From positions 1 through 55,867 of the forward strand of contig CAIYBL010000003.1 of the NCBI GenBank assembly GCA_903924485.1: a stretch of 55,867 nt of DNA, written 5' to 3'. Below, one piece after another: positions 19,045 through 30,441 of the stretch. Source of the stretch: an uncultured Actinomycetes bacterium. GTDB taxonomy: Bacteria; Actinomycetota; Actinomycetes; Nanopelagicales; Nanopelagicaceae. The translations under genes and the position numbers were made by a program. Numbering within the stretch: position 1 is the first letter of the stretch; each line of letters starts with the position of its first letter. Below the pieces are notes generated by a model that was not told where the DNA came from, did no database searches, and saw nothing but the letters and a program-made list of their open reading frames with translations.

Positions 19045-19938
19045 ATGAGAGAAGATGGAAGCCTTATGAAAAACGAGCGAGAAGTACTCATCCTCACAGG
19101 TATGTCCGGCGCAGGCAGATCTACCGTTGCACATGCTCTTGAGGATTTAGGTTGGTACGTTGTAGATAATCTGCCAGCGTCACTTCTGCCTGCATTGGTG
19201 GCTGCCACCAATAGCGCCGAGCTCTCAGCTATGGCTGTCGTCGTCGATGTGCGAAGTGGCCGATTCTTTGATGACCTCAATCATTCTCTTGCAGAGTTGG
19301 ACGCAGCTTCAACACCCCACCGTTTACTCTTCTTGGACTCGACAGATCAAGCACTCGTTCAACGTTTTGAATCAACACGCAGGCCCCACCCACTCCAAGG
19401 TTCAGATCGAATTCTGGATGGCATCTCTCGCGAACGCACTCGGCTAGAGGACCTACGTTCTCGGGCTGATGTCGTTATCGATACAAGTAACCTCAATGTT
19501 CATCAGCTCGAAAAACGCGTAGGCGAGATTTTCGCTGCGGGCCAAAGTTCAGGCGTTCGAGTCAATGTTCTTTCGTTTGGGTACAAGTATGGAATGCCTG
19601 TCGATGCTGATCTTGTCCTTGACTGCCGCTTCATTCCAAATCCACATTGGGTCCCAGAATTGCGACCGCTCACTGGATTGACCGATGCCGTAAGTTCTTA
19701 TGTTTTCAATACTCCAGGTGTTGATAAATTTGTTGATGATTACGTAGCGCTCTTTAACGAGATGTCTGAGGGGTACCTGCGCGAAGGAAAGAAATATGTG
19801 ACGATAGCGATTGGCTGCACTGGGGGAAAGCACAGGAGCGTTGCAGTAGCTAGAGAAATCGCTCATCGACTCAATAATTTTGCGGGACCTGTTGCTCTGG
19901 ATGCGTATGCAGTCCATCGCGATGTCGGCAGAGAATAG
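19045..19938 (+). CDS. rapZ: RNase adapter / nucleotide-binding protein RapZ
   Basis: LILTGMSGAGRS P-loop and conserved uvrC-rapZ-yvcK-whiA synteny. ATG 19066 is an equally plausible start. Confidence 0.85.
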   Translation: MREDGSLMKNEREVLILTGMSGAGRSTVAHALEDLGWYVVDNLPASLLPALVAATNSAELSAMAVVVDVRSGRFFDDLNHSLAELDAASTPHRLLFLDSTDQALVQRFESTRRPHPLQGSDRILDGISRERTRLEDLRSRADVVIDTSNLNVHQLEKRVGEIFAAGQSSGVRVNVLSFGYKYGMPVDADLVLDCRFIPNPHWVPELRPLTGLTDAVSSYVFNTPGVDKFVDDYVALFNEMSEGYLREGKKYVTIAIGCTGGKHRSVAVAREIAHRLNNFAGPVALDAYAVHRDVGRE

Positions 19939-20897
19939 TGACCTCTTCGAAAAATAATAAAGTTGTAGCCCTTGGTGGAGGACATGGGTTGGCTACGACG
20001 CTGCGCGCGCTGCGGCAGGTGACTCATGAAATAACAGCAATAGTTACCGTGGCAGATAACGGCGGCTCAAGTGGGCGCCTGCGAGATGAGTTTCCGATTT
20101 TCCCTCCAGGGGATTTACGGATGGCTTTGGCGGCGCTTTGTGGCGATGATGAATGGGGCCGCAGTTGGGCGCAAATCATGCAATATCGATTCACAGGTGA
20201 AGGTTCAATGCAGGGACATGCGGTAGGCAATCTCCTTCTTGCAGCCCTGTGGGATCGAGATAATGATCCTGTTGAAGGACTCGATCGCGTTGCCTCTTTA
20301 CTCAAAGTTGTTGGTCGCGTTTTACCGATGGCTGCTGTGCCTCTTGATATCGAAGCAACCTTTCTTATCGAAGGTCGACCTGAAGTCGTTCGTGGCCAGG
20401 CACAAGTTGCCGCTGCGCCAGGAGCTTTGCAATCGCTGCGAATTATTCCGACGAGTCCACCTGCAAGACCTGAAGCTTTGGAAGCCATAAATTCGGCTCG
20501 ATGGATCACAATGGGTCCGGGCTCGTGGTTTACCAGCGTCCTTCCACACTTGTTGGTTCCGGCCCAACGCGAAGCGCTCACCCGAACTTCAGCCCAGAGA
20601 ATCATTTTGTTGAATCTTGACGCCGATCCCAGAATGACGGGTGCAGAGCTGGCCGGATCAACTCCGCAAGAGCATTTAAGTCTTATCAGGGAATATGCAC
20701 CAGAACTTCGTTGTGATTTCGTGATCGCAGATTCCTCGGTCGTGACAGATCACCAATCTTTAGAAAATCAAGTCCAAAGTATGGGTGGAACCCTCATAAC
20801 TGCCGATCTCAGCGAATCTGCTGGCAGTATTCATCACGATCCCGAGAAATTGACCTCCGTATTTCGTCACATCATGAGCAATAGACTGGTTGGATAA
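19938..20897 (+). CDS. yvcK: YvcK/CuvA-like gluconeogenesis/cell-shape factor (CofD fold)
   Basis: [11 protein letters not shown]-terminus and synteny. GTG start in a TAGTG overlap with rapZ. Confidence 0.85.
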   Translation: MTSSKNNKVVALGGGHGLATTLRALRQVTHEITAIVTVADNGGSSGRLRDEFPIFPPGDLRMALAALCGDDEWGRSWAQIMQYRFTGEGSMQGHAVGNLLLAALWDRDNDPVEGLDRVASLLKVVGRVLPMAAVPLDIEATFLIEGRPEVVRGQAQVAAAPGALQSLRIIPTSPPARPEALEAINSARWITMGPGSWFTSVLPHLLVPAQREALTRTSAQRIILLNLDADPRMTGAELAGSTPQEHLSLIREYAPELRCDFVIADSSVVTDHQSLENQVQSMGGTLITADLSESAGSIHHDPEKLTSVFRHIMSNRLVG

Positions 20898-20901
20898 GCA
20901 C

Positions 20902-21888
20902 ATGGCTATGACTTCAGCAGTAAAAGATGAATTAAGCCGATTGGCTGTCACAAAGCCGTGTTGCCGCAAAGCCGAAGTTTCTGCTCTCCTGAGATTTGCT
21001 GGCGGGCTGCATATTGTTGCGGGCAAAATCGTTGTTGAAGTGGAACTCGATGCGGCTCAAAGTGCTCGCAGACTTCGAAAAGATATTGCCGATGTATACG
21101 GACATGAGAGTGATTTAGCAGTTCTTTCCTCAAGCGGATTGCGAAAAGGAAATCGCTACGTCGTACGCGTGATTAATGCAGGAGAGGCATTGGCGCGTCA
21201 GACTGGCCTGGTTGATGCAAACGGTCGCCCCGTACGTGGACTTCCGCCGCAAGTTGTTTCGGCTGCAATGTGTGATGCTGAAGCTGCCTGGCGTGGAGCG
21301 TTCATCGCTCATGGCTCATTGACCGAACCTGGACGATCTTCATCTTTGGAAATCACATGCCCTGGACCAGAGGCTGCACTTGCCCTCGTTGGCGCGGCGC
21401 GACGTCTAGGAATTGTTGCTAAAGCACGAGAGGTACGAGGAGTTGACCGCGTTGTTATTCGCGATGGGGATGCGATTGGAGTCCTACTTACTCGACTCGG
21501 TGCACACGAAAGTGTTCTAGCGTGGGAAGAGCGCAGAATGCGTCGAGAAGTTCGTGCGACGGCAAATCGTTTGGCCAACTTTGATGATGCCAATCTGCGC
21601 AGATCTGCACGAGCAGCTGTAGCTGCATCGGCTCGCGTACAACGAGCCATGGAAATTCTTGGTCCCGATATTCCCGATCATCTAAAAGAGGCAGGGGAGT
21701 TGCGGATTAATCACGGGCAAGCCAGCCTGGAAGAACTAGGTTCTCTCGCCGTCCCAGCAATGACAAAAGATGCAATTGCAGGTCGAATTCGCCGTCTTTT
21801 GGCGATGGCAGATAAGAGGGCCTCAGAACTAGGGATTGCCGATACTGAGGCAGGGTTATTGCCCGATCAACTCAACTCCTTGGAGTGA
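20902..21888 (+). CDS. whiA: Sporulation/cell-division transcription factor WhiA
   Basis: [37 protein letters not shown] closely matches the WhiA N-terminus. ATG 20902 is preferred over the ORF-track 20890. Confidence 0.92.
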   Translation: MAMTSAVKDELSRLAVTKPCCRKAEVSALLRFAGGLHIVAGKIVVEVELDAAQSARRLRKDIADVYGHESDLAVLSSSGLRKGNRYVVRVINAGEALARQTGLVDANGRPVRGLPPQVVSAAMCDAEAAWRGAFIAHGSLTEPGRSSSLEITCPGPEAALALVGAARRLGIVAKAREVRGVDRVVIRDGDAIGVLLTRLGAHESVLAWEERRMRREVRATANRLANFDDANLRRSARAAVAASARVQRAMEILGPDIPDHLKEAGELRINHGQASLEELGSLAVPAMTKDAIAGRIRRLLAMADKRASELGIADTEAGLLPDQLNSLE

Positions 21889-21996
21889 GTCCTAGATAAC
21901 AGCGCCATCTCAAGGCTGAAGGCGCTCACCTGGCTGATAAGATTTGCCCATACCCCAGTGTTGTGGCCCTTTTCGACTACCCGCCACATGTATTAA

Positions 21997-23030
<1,034 letters not shown>

Positions 23031-23031
<1 letters not shown>

Positions 23032-24206
23032 TGTCTTCACTTGAATCTCTTGATGTCGCAGGAAAGAGAATCTTTCTTCGTTGCGATCTCAATGTTCCGC
23101 TTAAGGATGGGGTCATCGGCGACGATGGCCGCATCCGAGCGTCGCTACCAACCATTAAGTTTTTGTTATCGGCTGGGGCTTCACTCATTATTGGCGCCCA
23201 CCTTGGTCGACCCAAAGGCGAAGTTAAGCCAGAACTTTCATTAGCACCAGTGGCTCTAAGACTTTCGCAATTACTTGAAAGGCCTGTGATCTTCGCGGGT
23301 GAAGATTTTAAGCAGCAGGCTATGGCTTTGGTTCCAGGCGAAGTTTTGTTGTTAGAAAACCTACGCTTTAGCGCCGCAGAGACAAGTAAAGACGAAGCCG
23401 AGAGGTCGATTTTTGCCAAAGAGTTGGCCTCCCTTGCGCAAGGGTATGTAGGTGATGGTTTTGGTGCTGTGCATCGCAAACACGCATCAGTCTTTGATTT
23501 ACCTGCACTCTTGCCGCATGCTCCAGGATTTCTAGTATCGGCCGAAGTGGATGTGCTCAAGAAGCTGACACAGGATCCCATCAGGCCCTACGGAGTAATT
23601 CTTGGCGGTGCAAAAGTCTCCGACAAAATTGGAGTCATCTCGAATCTTCTCGAGAAAGTTAATGTGATGGCAATTGGTGGCGGAATGGTTTTCACTTTCC
23701 TTGCCGCACAGGGAAAGAACATTGGGAAATCAATGGTGGAAATAGATTCAATCCCCGTTGTTAAAGAATTGATTGCCCGAGCAGCATCACTCGGGGTGGA
23801 TCTTCGCTTGCCGACCGACATTGTTACTGCTCCAGTTTTTTCGGCAGATTCTCCGGCAACTGTTGTCAGTGTTGATGAGATCGCAAGTGATCAAATGGGA
23901 TTAGATATCGGACCGAAATCGGCACAGGATTTTGCGCAAGCGATCTCCACGTGTGAGACGGTCTTTTGGAATGGGCCAATGGGCGTCTTTGAGTTTCCCG
24001 CCTTTGCTGCCGGCACGAAAGTAGTCGCGCAAGCTCTCACACAGGTTAAGGGAATCTCGGTTGTGGGCGGGGGAGACTCTGCGGCAGCCGTACGATCACT
24101 AGGTTTCCAAGATTCCGATTTTGGGTACATTTCAACAGGTGGTGGTGCTTCGCTAGAGTATCTCGAAGGGAAAGCGTTACCAGGGCTCACTGCGCTTGGA
24201 CTATAA
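23031..24206 (+). CDS. pgk: Phosphoglycerate kinase
   Basis: KRIFLRCDLNVP N-terminus, 391 aa. TAATG overlap with gap. Confidence 0.97.
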
Positions 24207-24278
24207 ACAACCCTCACCAACCATTAAATCGCTATAGTAATTTCATTCATCGAAGTACCGAATGCAAGGGGAATGTAC

Positions 24279-25052
24279 ATGCGTAAGCCATTGATGGCAG
24301 GCAACTGGAAGATGAACCTCAATCACCTTGAGGCGATCGCCGTTACTCAGAAATTGGTTTACAGTTTGGATGATAAGGATTACGACGCAGTAGATGTTGC
24401 AGTGATTCCACCCTTTACTGATATCCGCTCGGTTCAAACGCTCGTTGATGGAGACCGACTTCGCCTTCTCTACGGAGCACAAGATGTGTCACCTGATTCC
24501 AATGGCGCCTTCACTGGAGATATTTCTGCTTCGATGCTCTCCAAACTTGGGTGCACCTATGTTGTTGTTGGCCATAGCGAAAGACGTGCTATCCACAAGG
24601 AAGATGATGCGTTAGTTAACCGAAAGGTTAAGGCCGCCCTCGCACATGACCTCGTACCTATTTTTTGTGTGGGCGAAGAGCTTGCCGTTCGTGAATCGGG
24701 GGCTCATGTCTCTCACGTCATTCGCCAGCTCCGAGCAGGCTTAACCAATCTGAGCAAACCTGAGTTGAAGAAGATTGTTATCGCCTATGAGCCAGTGTGG
24801 GCGATCGGCACCGGCAAAACCGCTACCCCGGAGGATGCGCAAGAGGTCTGTGCGGCTATCCGCGGCGAAATTGAGGAAATCGGCTCTCCAGAAATTGCTC
24901 AAGATATGAGGATCCTTTACGGGGGCTCCGTGAAATCAGCCAATATTGCTGAGATCATGAAGAAGCCAGACGTAGATGGCGCGCTGATCGGCGGGGCGAG
25001 CCTGGATCCTGAAGAATTGGCCAAGATCGTGAAGTTTCATCTAGCTGGCTGA
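24279..25052 (+). CDS. tpiA: Triosephosphate isomerase
   Basis: [28 protein letters not shown] 24279 has better spacing from SD AAGGGGA than ATG 24273. Confidence 0.95.
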   Translation: MRKPLMAGNWKMNLNHLEAIAVTQKLVYSLDDKDYDAVDVAVIPPFTDIRSVQTLVDGDRLRLLYGAQDVSPDSNGAFTGDISASMLSKLGCTYVVVGHSERRAIHKEDDALVNRKVKAALAHDLVPIFCVGEELAVRESGAHVSHVIRQLRAGLTNLSKPELKKIVIAYEPVWAIGTGKTATPEDAQEVCAAIRGEIEEIGSPEIAQDMRILYGGSVKSANIAEIMKKPDVDGALIGGASLDPEELAKIVKFHLAG

Positions 25053-25111
25053 TTTACAGTATCCTTTGCCCTTGCACGGATCGCCACCACAACAAATCTT
25101 AGGAGTGAGTC

Positions 25112-25339
25112 ATGAAGCTGGGTCTATCGATCTTGTTGGTTATTACAAGCGTCTTGATGATCATGCTCGTCCTTCTCCATAAGGGCAAAGGCAGTGGCTT
25201 ATCTGACCTATTCGGAGGTGGAATTTCCTCGAATTACGGTGGATCCTCCGTGGTGGAGCGAAACCTCGACCGCATCACAATTGTTGTTGGCGGACTATGG
25301 TTTGCTGGAGTTGTCGCACTGAGTTTGGTTTTGAAGTAG
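25112..25339 (+). CDS. secG: Preprotein translocase subunit SecG
   Basis: 75-aa two-TM protein with a G-rich loop. Conserved gap-pgk-tpiA-secG order. SD AGGAG. Confidence 0.85.
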   Translation: MKLGLSILLVITSVLMIMLVLLHKGKGSGLSDLFGGGISSNYGGSSVVERNLDRITIVVGGLWFAGVVALSLVLK

Positions 25340-25364
25340 TCCCTGGCCGCTAGCGACAGGATTT

Positions 25365-25392
25365 TTGACAGACACTTTTTTTGACACACTAT
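25365..25392 (+). promoter_or_regulatory. Candidate rbpA promoter: TTGACA, 16 nt, CACTAT, with a duplicated TTTTTGACA block
   Basis: Consensus -35 TTGACA at 25365-25370. A second TTGACA at 25381-25386 lies inside the spacer. CACTAT is at 25387-25392 and SD GAAGGAG at 25394-25400. Confidence 0.45.
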
Positions 25393-25409
25393 TGAAGGAG
25401 TAAGACAAG

Positions 25410-25754
25410 ATGGCCGGTGGAAGTGCAATTCGGGGAAGTCGTGTCGGTGCCGGCCCAATGGGCGAGGCAGAGCGCGGAGAATCTATAGGTCGTTTTCAGG
25501 TCTCTTATTGGTGCTCAAACGGACATGAGACAACGCCCTCCTTTGCAGATGATGGCACTGTTGTTATTCCAACCGAATGGGATTGCCCACGATGTGGCTT
25601 TCCTGCGGGGCGCGATAAAGCAAGCCCTCCAAGCCCAATCAAGAATGAGCCATACAAGACTCACTTGGCATATGTAAAAGAGCGTCGCAGCAACGCTGAA
25701 GGTTTTCAAATTCTTGAAGATGCCTTGGCCAAGCTCCGCGGAGATGACGAATAG
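25410..25754 (+). CDS. rbpA: RNA polymerase-binding protein RbpA
   Basis: YWCSNGHE...CPRCG zinc-ribbon-like core and a C-terminal basic/sigma-interaction region (KTHLAYVKERR). Actinobacteria-specific family. Confidence 0.9.
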   Translation: MAGGSAIRGSRVGAGPMGEAERGESIGRFQVSYWCSNGHETTPSFADDGTVVIPTEWDCPRCGFPAGRDKASPPSPIKNEPYKTHLAYVKERRSNAEGFQILEDALAKLRGDDE

Positions 25755-25758
25755 CTTT

Positions 25759-27297
25759 TTAGATAATTGAGCGCGCGGCAGTAAGTATTTCTGCAACGCC
25801 ATTTTCTCGTTCCTGGATATGCAATCTCACCACATTAAATCCACGTGATTCAAGGGCTCGCGCATCGCCCAACGCTTGAGCCATGATCAGAGTGTGGAAT
25901 GAGAAGGCTTGCCCTGGTACTTCAATATCTTCGGCCACATCACCCGTTATCTGTAAGAAGGTTCCGTTTTGTTGACCGCCTTTATGAAATTGTCCTGTCG
26001 AGTGCAAGAAACGTGGCCCCCATCCGAAGGTGACAGGACGCTGGCTCTTTTCTGCAAGGACTCGGCGAAGTTGAGCCAGCTCGGCATCATTGTTCCGATC
26101 TAGATAGGCCATCACTGAAAGATATCCATCGGCCTTTACCGAATCAATCATCTGAGTCAACGCTTCAACGACGGTAGTGGCTTGAGTAAATATCTCAACG
26201 CAACCATCAGTCGCCACCGGGGAGATTGATGGAAGCACGCCTGACCATTCTTGCAAGAGCGCGGAGGTTTGATTCTTCGCTTCAGTGACATTGGGTTGGC
26301 TAAAAGGATCAACGGCAAGTGCAACTCCCATTAGTGCGGTTGTCCACTCCCAGAAAATAAATTGTGCTCCGAGATCGCCTTCAACGACAAGGTCTGCCTT
26401 TCCCGTAAAGGCCACGTGCATCGCTTCTCCGCCAGTAGTCGTACCGGATTCCTCAATGACGACAGGTAGACGACCCACTCTATTTTTCCCCGTTGACTCG
26501 GCAATGAGTTGTTCGATCCAATCAGAAAGCCCGGGCATCGGAGAATGTGAATCATTGAAGGTTACGTACTGACCGCAAAAATACGAAAGTAGGTAAGCCG
26601 CTGATATTGCAGGGGAGTGTTCACTTTGTAATTGGTTAAGAGCATCCTGGGCTCCGTCCAGCAAAAGTGAAACGTCAACTCCTATAAGAGCGGCAGGGAC
26701 CAACCCAAAAGCGCTCAGCGCGCTAAATCTTCCACCTACATTGGGATCTGCATTGACCACTATGTATCCGCGTGCTCGAGCATCAATGTCCAGCGGAGAA
26801 CCCGGGTCGGTAACGATGACCATATGTTCTTGTGGAACCAAACCTTCTGAAGTTAACCTTTCTTGGAAAAGGGCACGCTGTGAAGCTGTCTCAATTGTGC
26901 CTCCCGACTTGGAGCTAACAACGATTACAGTGGAAGTAAGATCTCCCTCAAGAGCGGAAGAAATATGTGAGGGGTCGGTGCTATCGAGAACGAAGAGTTG
27001 GCGTTTGTAGGTTGCGGCAATCACTTCAGGACCGAGGGATGAGCCACCCATTCCGCAGAGAATTACTCTCGTGCAATGGCGAAACTTTGCACTCAATGCA
27101 TCGAGCTCTGGCAAAAGTACGCGTGAACTCGATGGCAGATCTATCCAGTTCAGCCGAGTAGCGGCCTCCGCTATCGCCTCAGGACCCCACAGCGTTGCAT
27201 CCTTCTTTGATAATCGCTCGTTTGCGCTTACCAGCTCTCGATAACGACTATCAACGTGATCAAGTTTAGATAAAGCATCGCCGTGAATTGAGATCAA
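25759..27297 (-). CDS. pgi: Glucose-6-phosphate isomerase (short, Tal-associated type)
   Basis: SIS-domain motifs CGMGGSSLGPEV and SSKSGGTIET. 4-nt overlap with the upstream tal. Confidence 0.8.
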   Translation of the reverse strand: MISIHGDALSKLDHVDSRYRELVSANERLSKKDATLWGPEAIAEAATRLNWIDLPSSSRVLLPELDALSAKFRHCTRVILCGMGGSSLGPEVIAATYKRQLFVLDSTDPSHISSALEGDLTSTVIVVSSKSGGTIETASQRALFQERLTSEGLVPQEHMVIVTDPGSPLDIDARARGYIVVNADPNVGGRFSALSAFGLVPAALIGVDVSLLLDGAQDALNQLQSEHSPAISAAYLLSYFCGQYVTFNDSHSPMPGLSDWIEQLIAESTGKNRVGRLPVVIEESGTTTGGEAMHVAFTGKADLVVEGDLGAQFIFWEWTTALMGVALAVDPFSQPNVTEAKNQTSALLQEWSGVLPSISPVATDGCVEIFTQATTVVEALTQMIDSVKADGYLSVMAYLDRNNDAELAQLRRVLAEKSQRPVTFGWGPRFLHSTGQFHKGGQQNGTFLQITGDVAEDIEVPGQAFSFHTLIMAQALGDARALESRGFNVVRLHIQERENGVAEILTAARSII

Positions 27298-28385
27298 GAG
27301 AGCGCTGCCTTCTCAACATTGGCAAGCAATTCGTTCCAGGATTGCTCAAATTTTGCTACGCCGTCAACTTCTAGTTCGTGGGTAATATCATCAAGAGAAA
27401 TTCCTAAATCTTTAAGCTCTGCGATGGTTTGTGCAGCTTCGGAGTATCGAGTATTCAGCGCCACATCATGCGTGACACCGTGGTCGGCCAGTGCATCCAA
27501 AGTGGCTTGAGGCATGGTGTTTACAGTATTCGGCGCTACAAGTTCGACGACATAGCGCGTATCTAGGTAAGCGGGATCCTTTACTCCAGTGGATGCCCAC
27601 AGTAAGCGTTGCATCTTTGCACCGGATTGAGAAAGACTTTTCCATTGCGCGGATTCGACTTTAGCTTCATAGATTTGATAGGCAAGTGCTGCGTTAGCAA
27701 TAGCAGCCTTTCCCAGGAGTGATCGCGCCGCATCTGAGCCTTGCGCTTTCAAAAGGGAATCAATTGCGGTATCTATCCTGCTTACAAAAAGCGAAGCTAC
27801 GGAGGCAATATTTGATATGTCATGGCCCGCAGAGCGTCTAGATTCCAAACCCGCCATGAATGCATCCGCTACAAGACCATAGCGTGGTGCGGAGAATATG
27901 AGTGTCACATTGACGCTCACTCCAGCTGCGATAAGAGCAGTTATTGCTGGCAGACCTTCAAGAGTTGCGGGGACTTTAATCATTACATTCGGGCGATTAA
28001 CTAAATTCCAAAGTTCGAGACCCTCGGCAATTGTCGCATCGGTCTTGTGGGCAGAGCGTGGATCAACTTCGATGCTGACGCGGCCATCTATGCCCGCACT
28101 CTTTTCGTAGATAGGCAGAAATAGATCACAAGCATCTCTGACATCATCAGTAGTCAACTTCTTTACGATCGCCTCCGGCGCACTTTCGCGCATTGAAGCG
28201 ATATCAGCGGCATACTCTTTCCCTTGCGATATTGCTGCATTGAAAATACTTGGATTGGTCGTGACTCCCACAACATGATTATTGGCAATGCGATAGGGGA
28301 GGGAATGCGAATCTAGTCCAGTTATTTTGCTTCGAGAAAGATCATCGAGCCAGATCGATGTCCCACCGGATGAGATGTCGATCAT
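27294..28385 (-). CDS. tal: Transaldolase
   Basis: GVTTNPSIF and MIKVPAT motifs, 363 aa. 4-nt overlap with tkt. Confidence 0.92.
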   Translation of the reverse strand: MIDISSGGTSIWLDDLSRSKITGLDSHSLPYRIANNHVVGVTTNPSIFNAAISQGKEYAADIASMRESAPEAIVKKLTTDDVRDACDLFLPIYEKSAGIDGRVSIEVDPRSAHKTDATIAEGLELWNLVNRPNVMIKVPATLEGLPAITALIAAGVSVNVTLIFSAPRYGLVADAFMAGLESRRSAGHDISNIASVASLFVSRIDTAIDSLLKAQGSDAARSLLGKAAIANAALAYQIYEAKVESAQWKSLSQSGAKMQRLLWASTGVKDPAYLDTRYVVELVAPNTVNTMPQATLDALADHGVTHDVALNTRYSEAAQTIAELKDLGISLDDITHELEVDGVAKFEQSWNELLANVEKAALS

Positions 28386-30439
28386 TTCAAGCGCGCCTTA
28401 ACTGCTGCGACGATAGCCTCTGAGGTAAAGCCGAATTCCTTAAAGAGAACAGTGGCAGACGCCGAGGCTCCAAAATGCTCTAGCGAAATGGATGCGCCGT
28501 GATCGCCAACAAGATCTCTCCAGCCCATAGCGATTCCTGCTTCCACGCTAATGCGAATAGGGACCGAGGAAGGGATAACGCTCTGGCGGTACTGCTCTGT
28601 TTGTGCGGCAAACCATTCCAGACAAGGCGCGCTTACTACTCGCGTGGCAACACCTTGTGCCTCAAGAACACCTTGCGCCTCAACTGCGAGTGAAACTTCT
28701 GAGCCGGTTGCTATCAAAATTACCTGCGGGGAACCTGAAGCTTCCTTCAGAATGTAGGCACCTTGCGCAACACCGGTTGCTGGTTGAAAAATGGTGCGAT
28801 CAAAGACAGGCAAATTCTGTCGGGAGAGCAGCAACGCACAGGGTTCATCGCGCCGGAGAATCTCCTTCCAGCTTTGTGCAACTTCATTGGCATCTGCTGG
28901 ACGGATTACTGCCAATCCAGGAATAGCGCGAAGAGCGGCGATATGTTCGACAGGTTGATGAGTGGGTCCATCCTCACCAAGGCCGATGGAGTCATGACTC
29001 CAAACAAATGTCACACCCAATTTCATGAGTGAGGCAAGTCGTGCAGATGGGCGCATGTAGTCGCTAAATACTAAGAAAGTGCCAGCGAAGGTTCGAGTTA
29101 ATCCGTGAAGTGTGATCCCGTTAAGAATAGAACCCATCGCGTGCTCGCGAATTCCAAAGTGGACGACGCGTCCATAAGGGTTTGCATTTTTCATTGGGCT
29201 CGAGGCTGGCAAGAACGAACCGCCACCTTCAATAGTGGTGTTATTACTTTCTGCTAGATCGGCTGATCCACCCCAGAATTCAGGGAGAATTTCAGAAATC
29301 TTTTGAATCACATCACCCGACGCCTTACGTGTTGATACGTCCTTGCCTGCTGGGAATGCCGGAATGGATTCTTCCCATCCATCGGCAAGTTCACGCTTTT
29401 GCAGGCGTTTAAGTAAGTTCGCGCGGTCAGGATTGTTGATCTGCCATTGCGTAAACTTTTGATCCCAATCTTTTCGAACAACGGCTGCGCGTGATTTGAC
29501 GTTGCGCACATGAGCCAGGACTTCATCAGGCATAGCGAAATGCTCCGCGGGATCAAGACCCATCAATGTTTTTGTGGCTGCAATTTCAGCTTCCCCGAGT
29601 GCTGATCCATGCGACTTAGATGTTCCCTGCGCAGATGGTGCTGGCCATGCGATGACGGTCTTCAATCGGATCAATGTAGGTTTAAGCATCTGGGCGTTAG
29701 CGGCGGTGATTGCCTTTTCAAGGGCTTCACGATTTACATTGCCATCTTCTTGAGTGCCAACTTCAATGACATCCCAGCCGTATGCACGATAACGCGCTGA
29801 AACATCTTCAGTGAAAGCAACGTGCGTGTCGCCTTCAATCGAAATGCGATTGTCATCGTAAATCATGTTCAGTAAGCCCAGCTCCTGAGTTCCAGCCAAT
29901 GATGATGCTTCCGCACTGACGCCCTCTTGTAGATCTCCATCCGAGCAAATAACCCATATTCGGTGGTCGAAAAGACTCTCACCGAGCGGTGCATCTGGAT
30001 CAAGAAGTCCCTTTTCATACCGAGCAGCCATTGCCATACCGACTCCATTGGCCACTCCAGCACCTAGTGGTCCCGTCGTTGTTTCAACTCCAGCCGTGTG
30101 TCCATATTCTGGGTGTCCTGGTGTGAGCGCTCCCCATGTTCGAAATTGCATGAGATCTGAAAGCTCTAATCCATAACCGCTGAAGAATAATTGCGTATAT
30201 AAAGTCAGCGATGAGTGACCACACGAGAGGATGAATCGATCGCGCCCCAGCCATTGTGGGTCTGAGGGATCGTGAACTAAGTGACGTTGAAATAGTGAGT
30301 AGGCAACTGGCGCTAGAGCCATCGCGGTTCCAGGATGACCATTTCCAACTTTCTGAACAGCATCCATAGCAAGTGCGCGCGCGTAAGTAACGGCGCGATC
30401 ATCAAGTTCATTCCAAGGAGCGAGAGTGGAATGTGTCAT
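28382..30439 (-). CDS. tkt: Transketolase
   Basis: NGHPGTAMALAP, SDGDLQEGVS and the TPP and pyrimidine-binding regions. ATG 30439 is preferred. The ORF-track start 30475 is a TTG that would overlap ctaA. Confidence 0.95.
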   Translation of the reverse strand: MTHSTLAPWNELDDRAVTYARALAMDAVQKVGNGHPGTAMALAPVAYSLFQRHLVHDPSDPQWLGRDRFILSCGHSSLTLYTQLFFSGYGLELSDLMQFRTWGALTPGHPEYGHTAGVETTTGPLGAGVANGVGMAMAARYEKGLLDPDAPLGESLFDHRIWVICSDGDLQEGVSAEASSLAGTQELGLLNMIYDDNRISIEGDTHVAFTEDVSARYRAYGWDVIEVGTQEDGNVNREALEKAITAANAQMLKPTLIRLKTVIAWPAPSAQGTSKSHGSALGEAEIAATKTLMGLDPAEHFAMPDEVLAHVRNVKSRAAVVRKDWDQKFTQWQINNPDRANLLKRLQKRELADGWEESIPAFPAGKDVSTRKASGDVIQKISEILPEFWGGSADLAESNNTTIEGGGSFLPASSPMKNANPYGRVVHFGIREHAMGSILNGITLHGLTRTFAGTFLVFSDYMRPSARLASLMKLGVTFVWSHDSIGLGEDGPTHQPVEHIAALRAIPGLAVIRPADANEVAQSWKEILRRDEPCALLLSRQNLPVFDRTIFQPATGVAQGAYILKEASGSPQVILIATGSEVSLAVEAQGVLEAQGVATRVVSAPCLEWFAAQTEQYRQSVIPSSVPIRISVEAGIAMGWRDLVGDHGASISLEHFGASASATVLFKEFGFTSEAIVAAVKARLK

Positions 30440-30441
30440 GT

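Noticed and set aside
18768-19280. 170-aa antisense ORF spanning the uvrC/rapZ junction
   Set aside because: A shadow ORF opposite two conserved genes. I considered an overlapping antisense gene or antitoxin, but nothing beyond ORF length supports it.
20024-20605. 193-aa ORF antisense to yvcK
   Set aside because: Same reasoning: a shadow ORF within a conserved CDS, Arg/Ser/Ala/Pro-rich, with no independent signals.
21901-21926. Hairpin AGCGCC-N14-GGCGCT after whiA as a terminator
   Set aside because: The stem is 6 bp, the loop is 14 nt and no U-tract follows. It is too weak to call.
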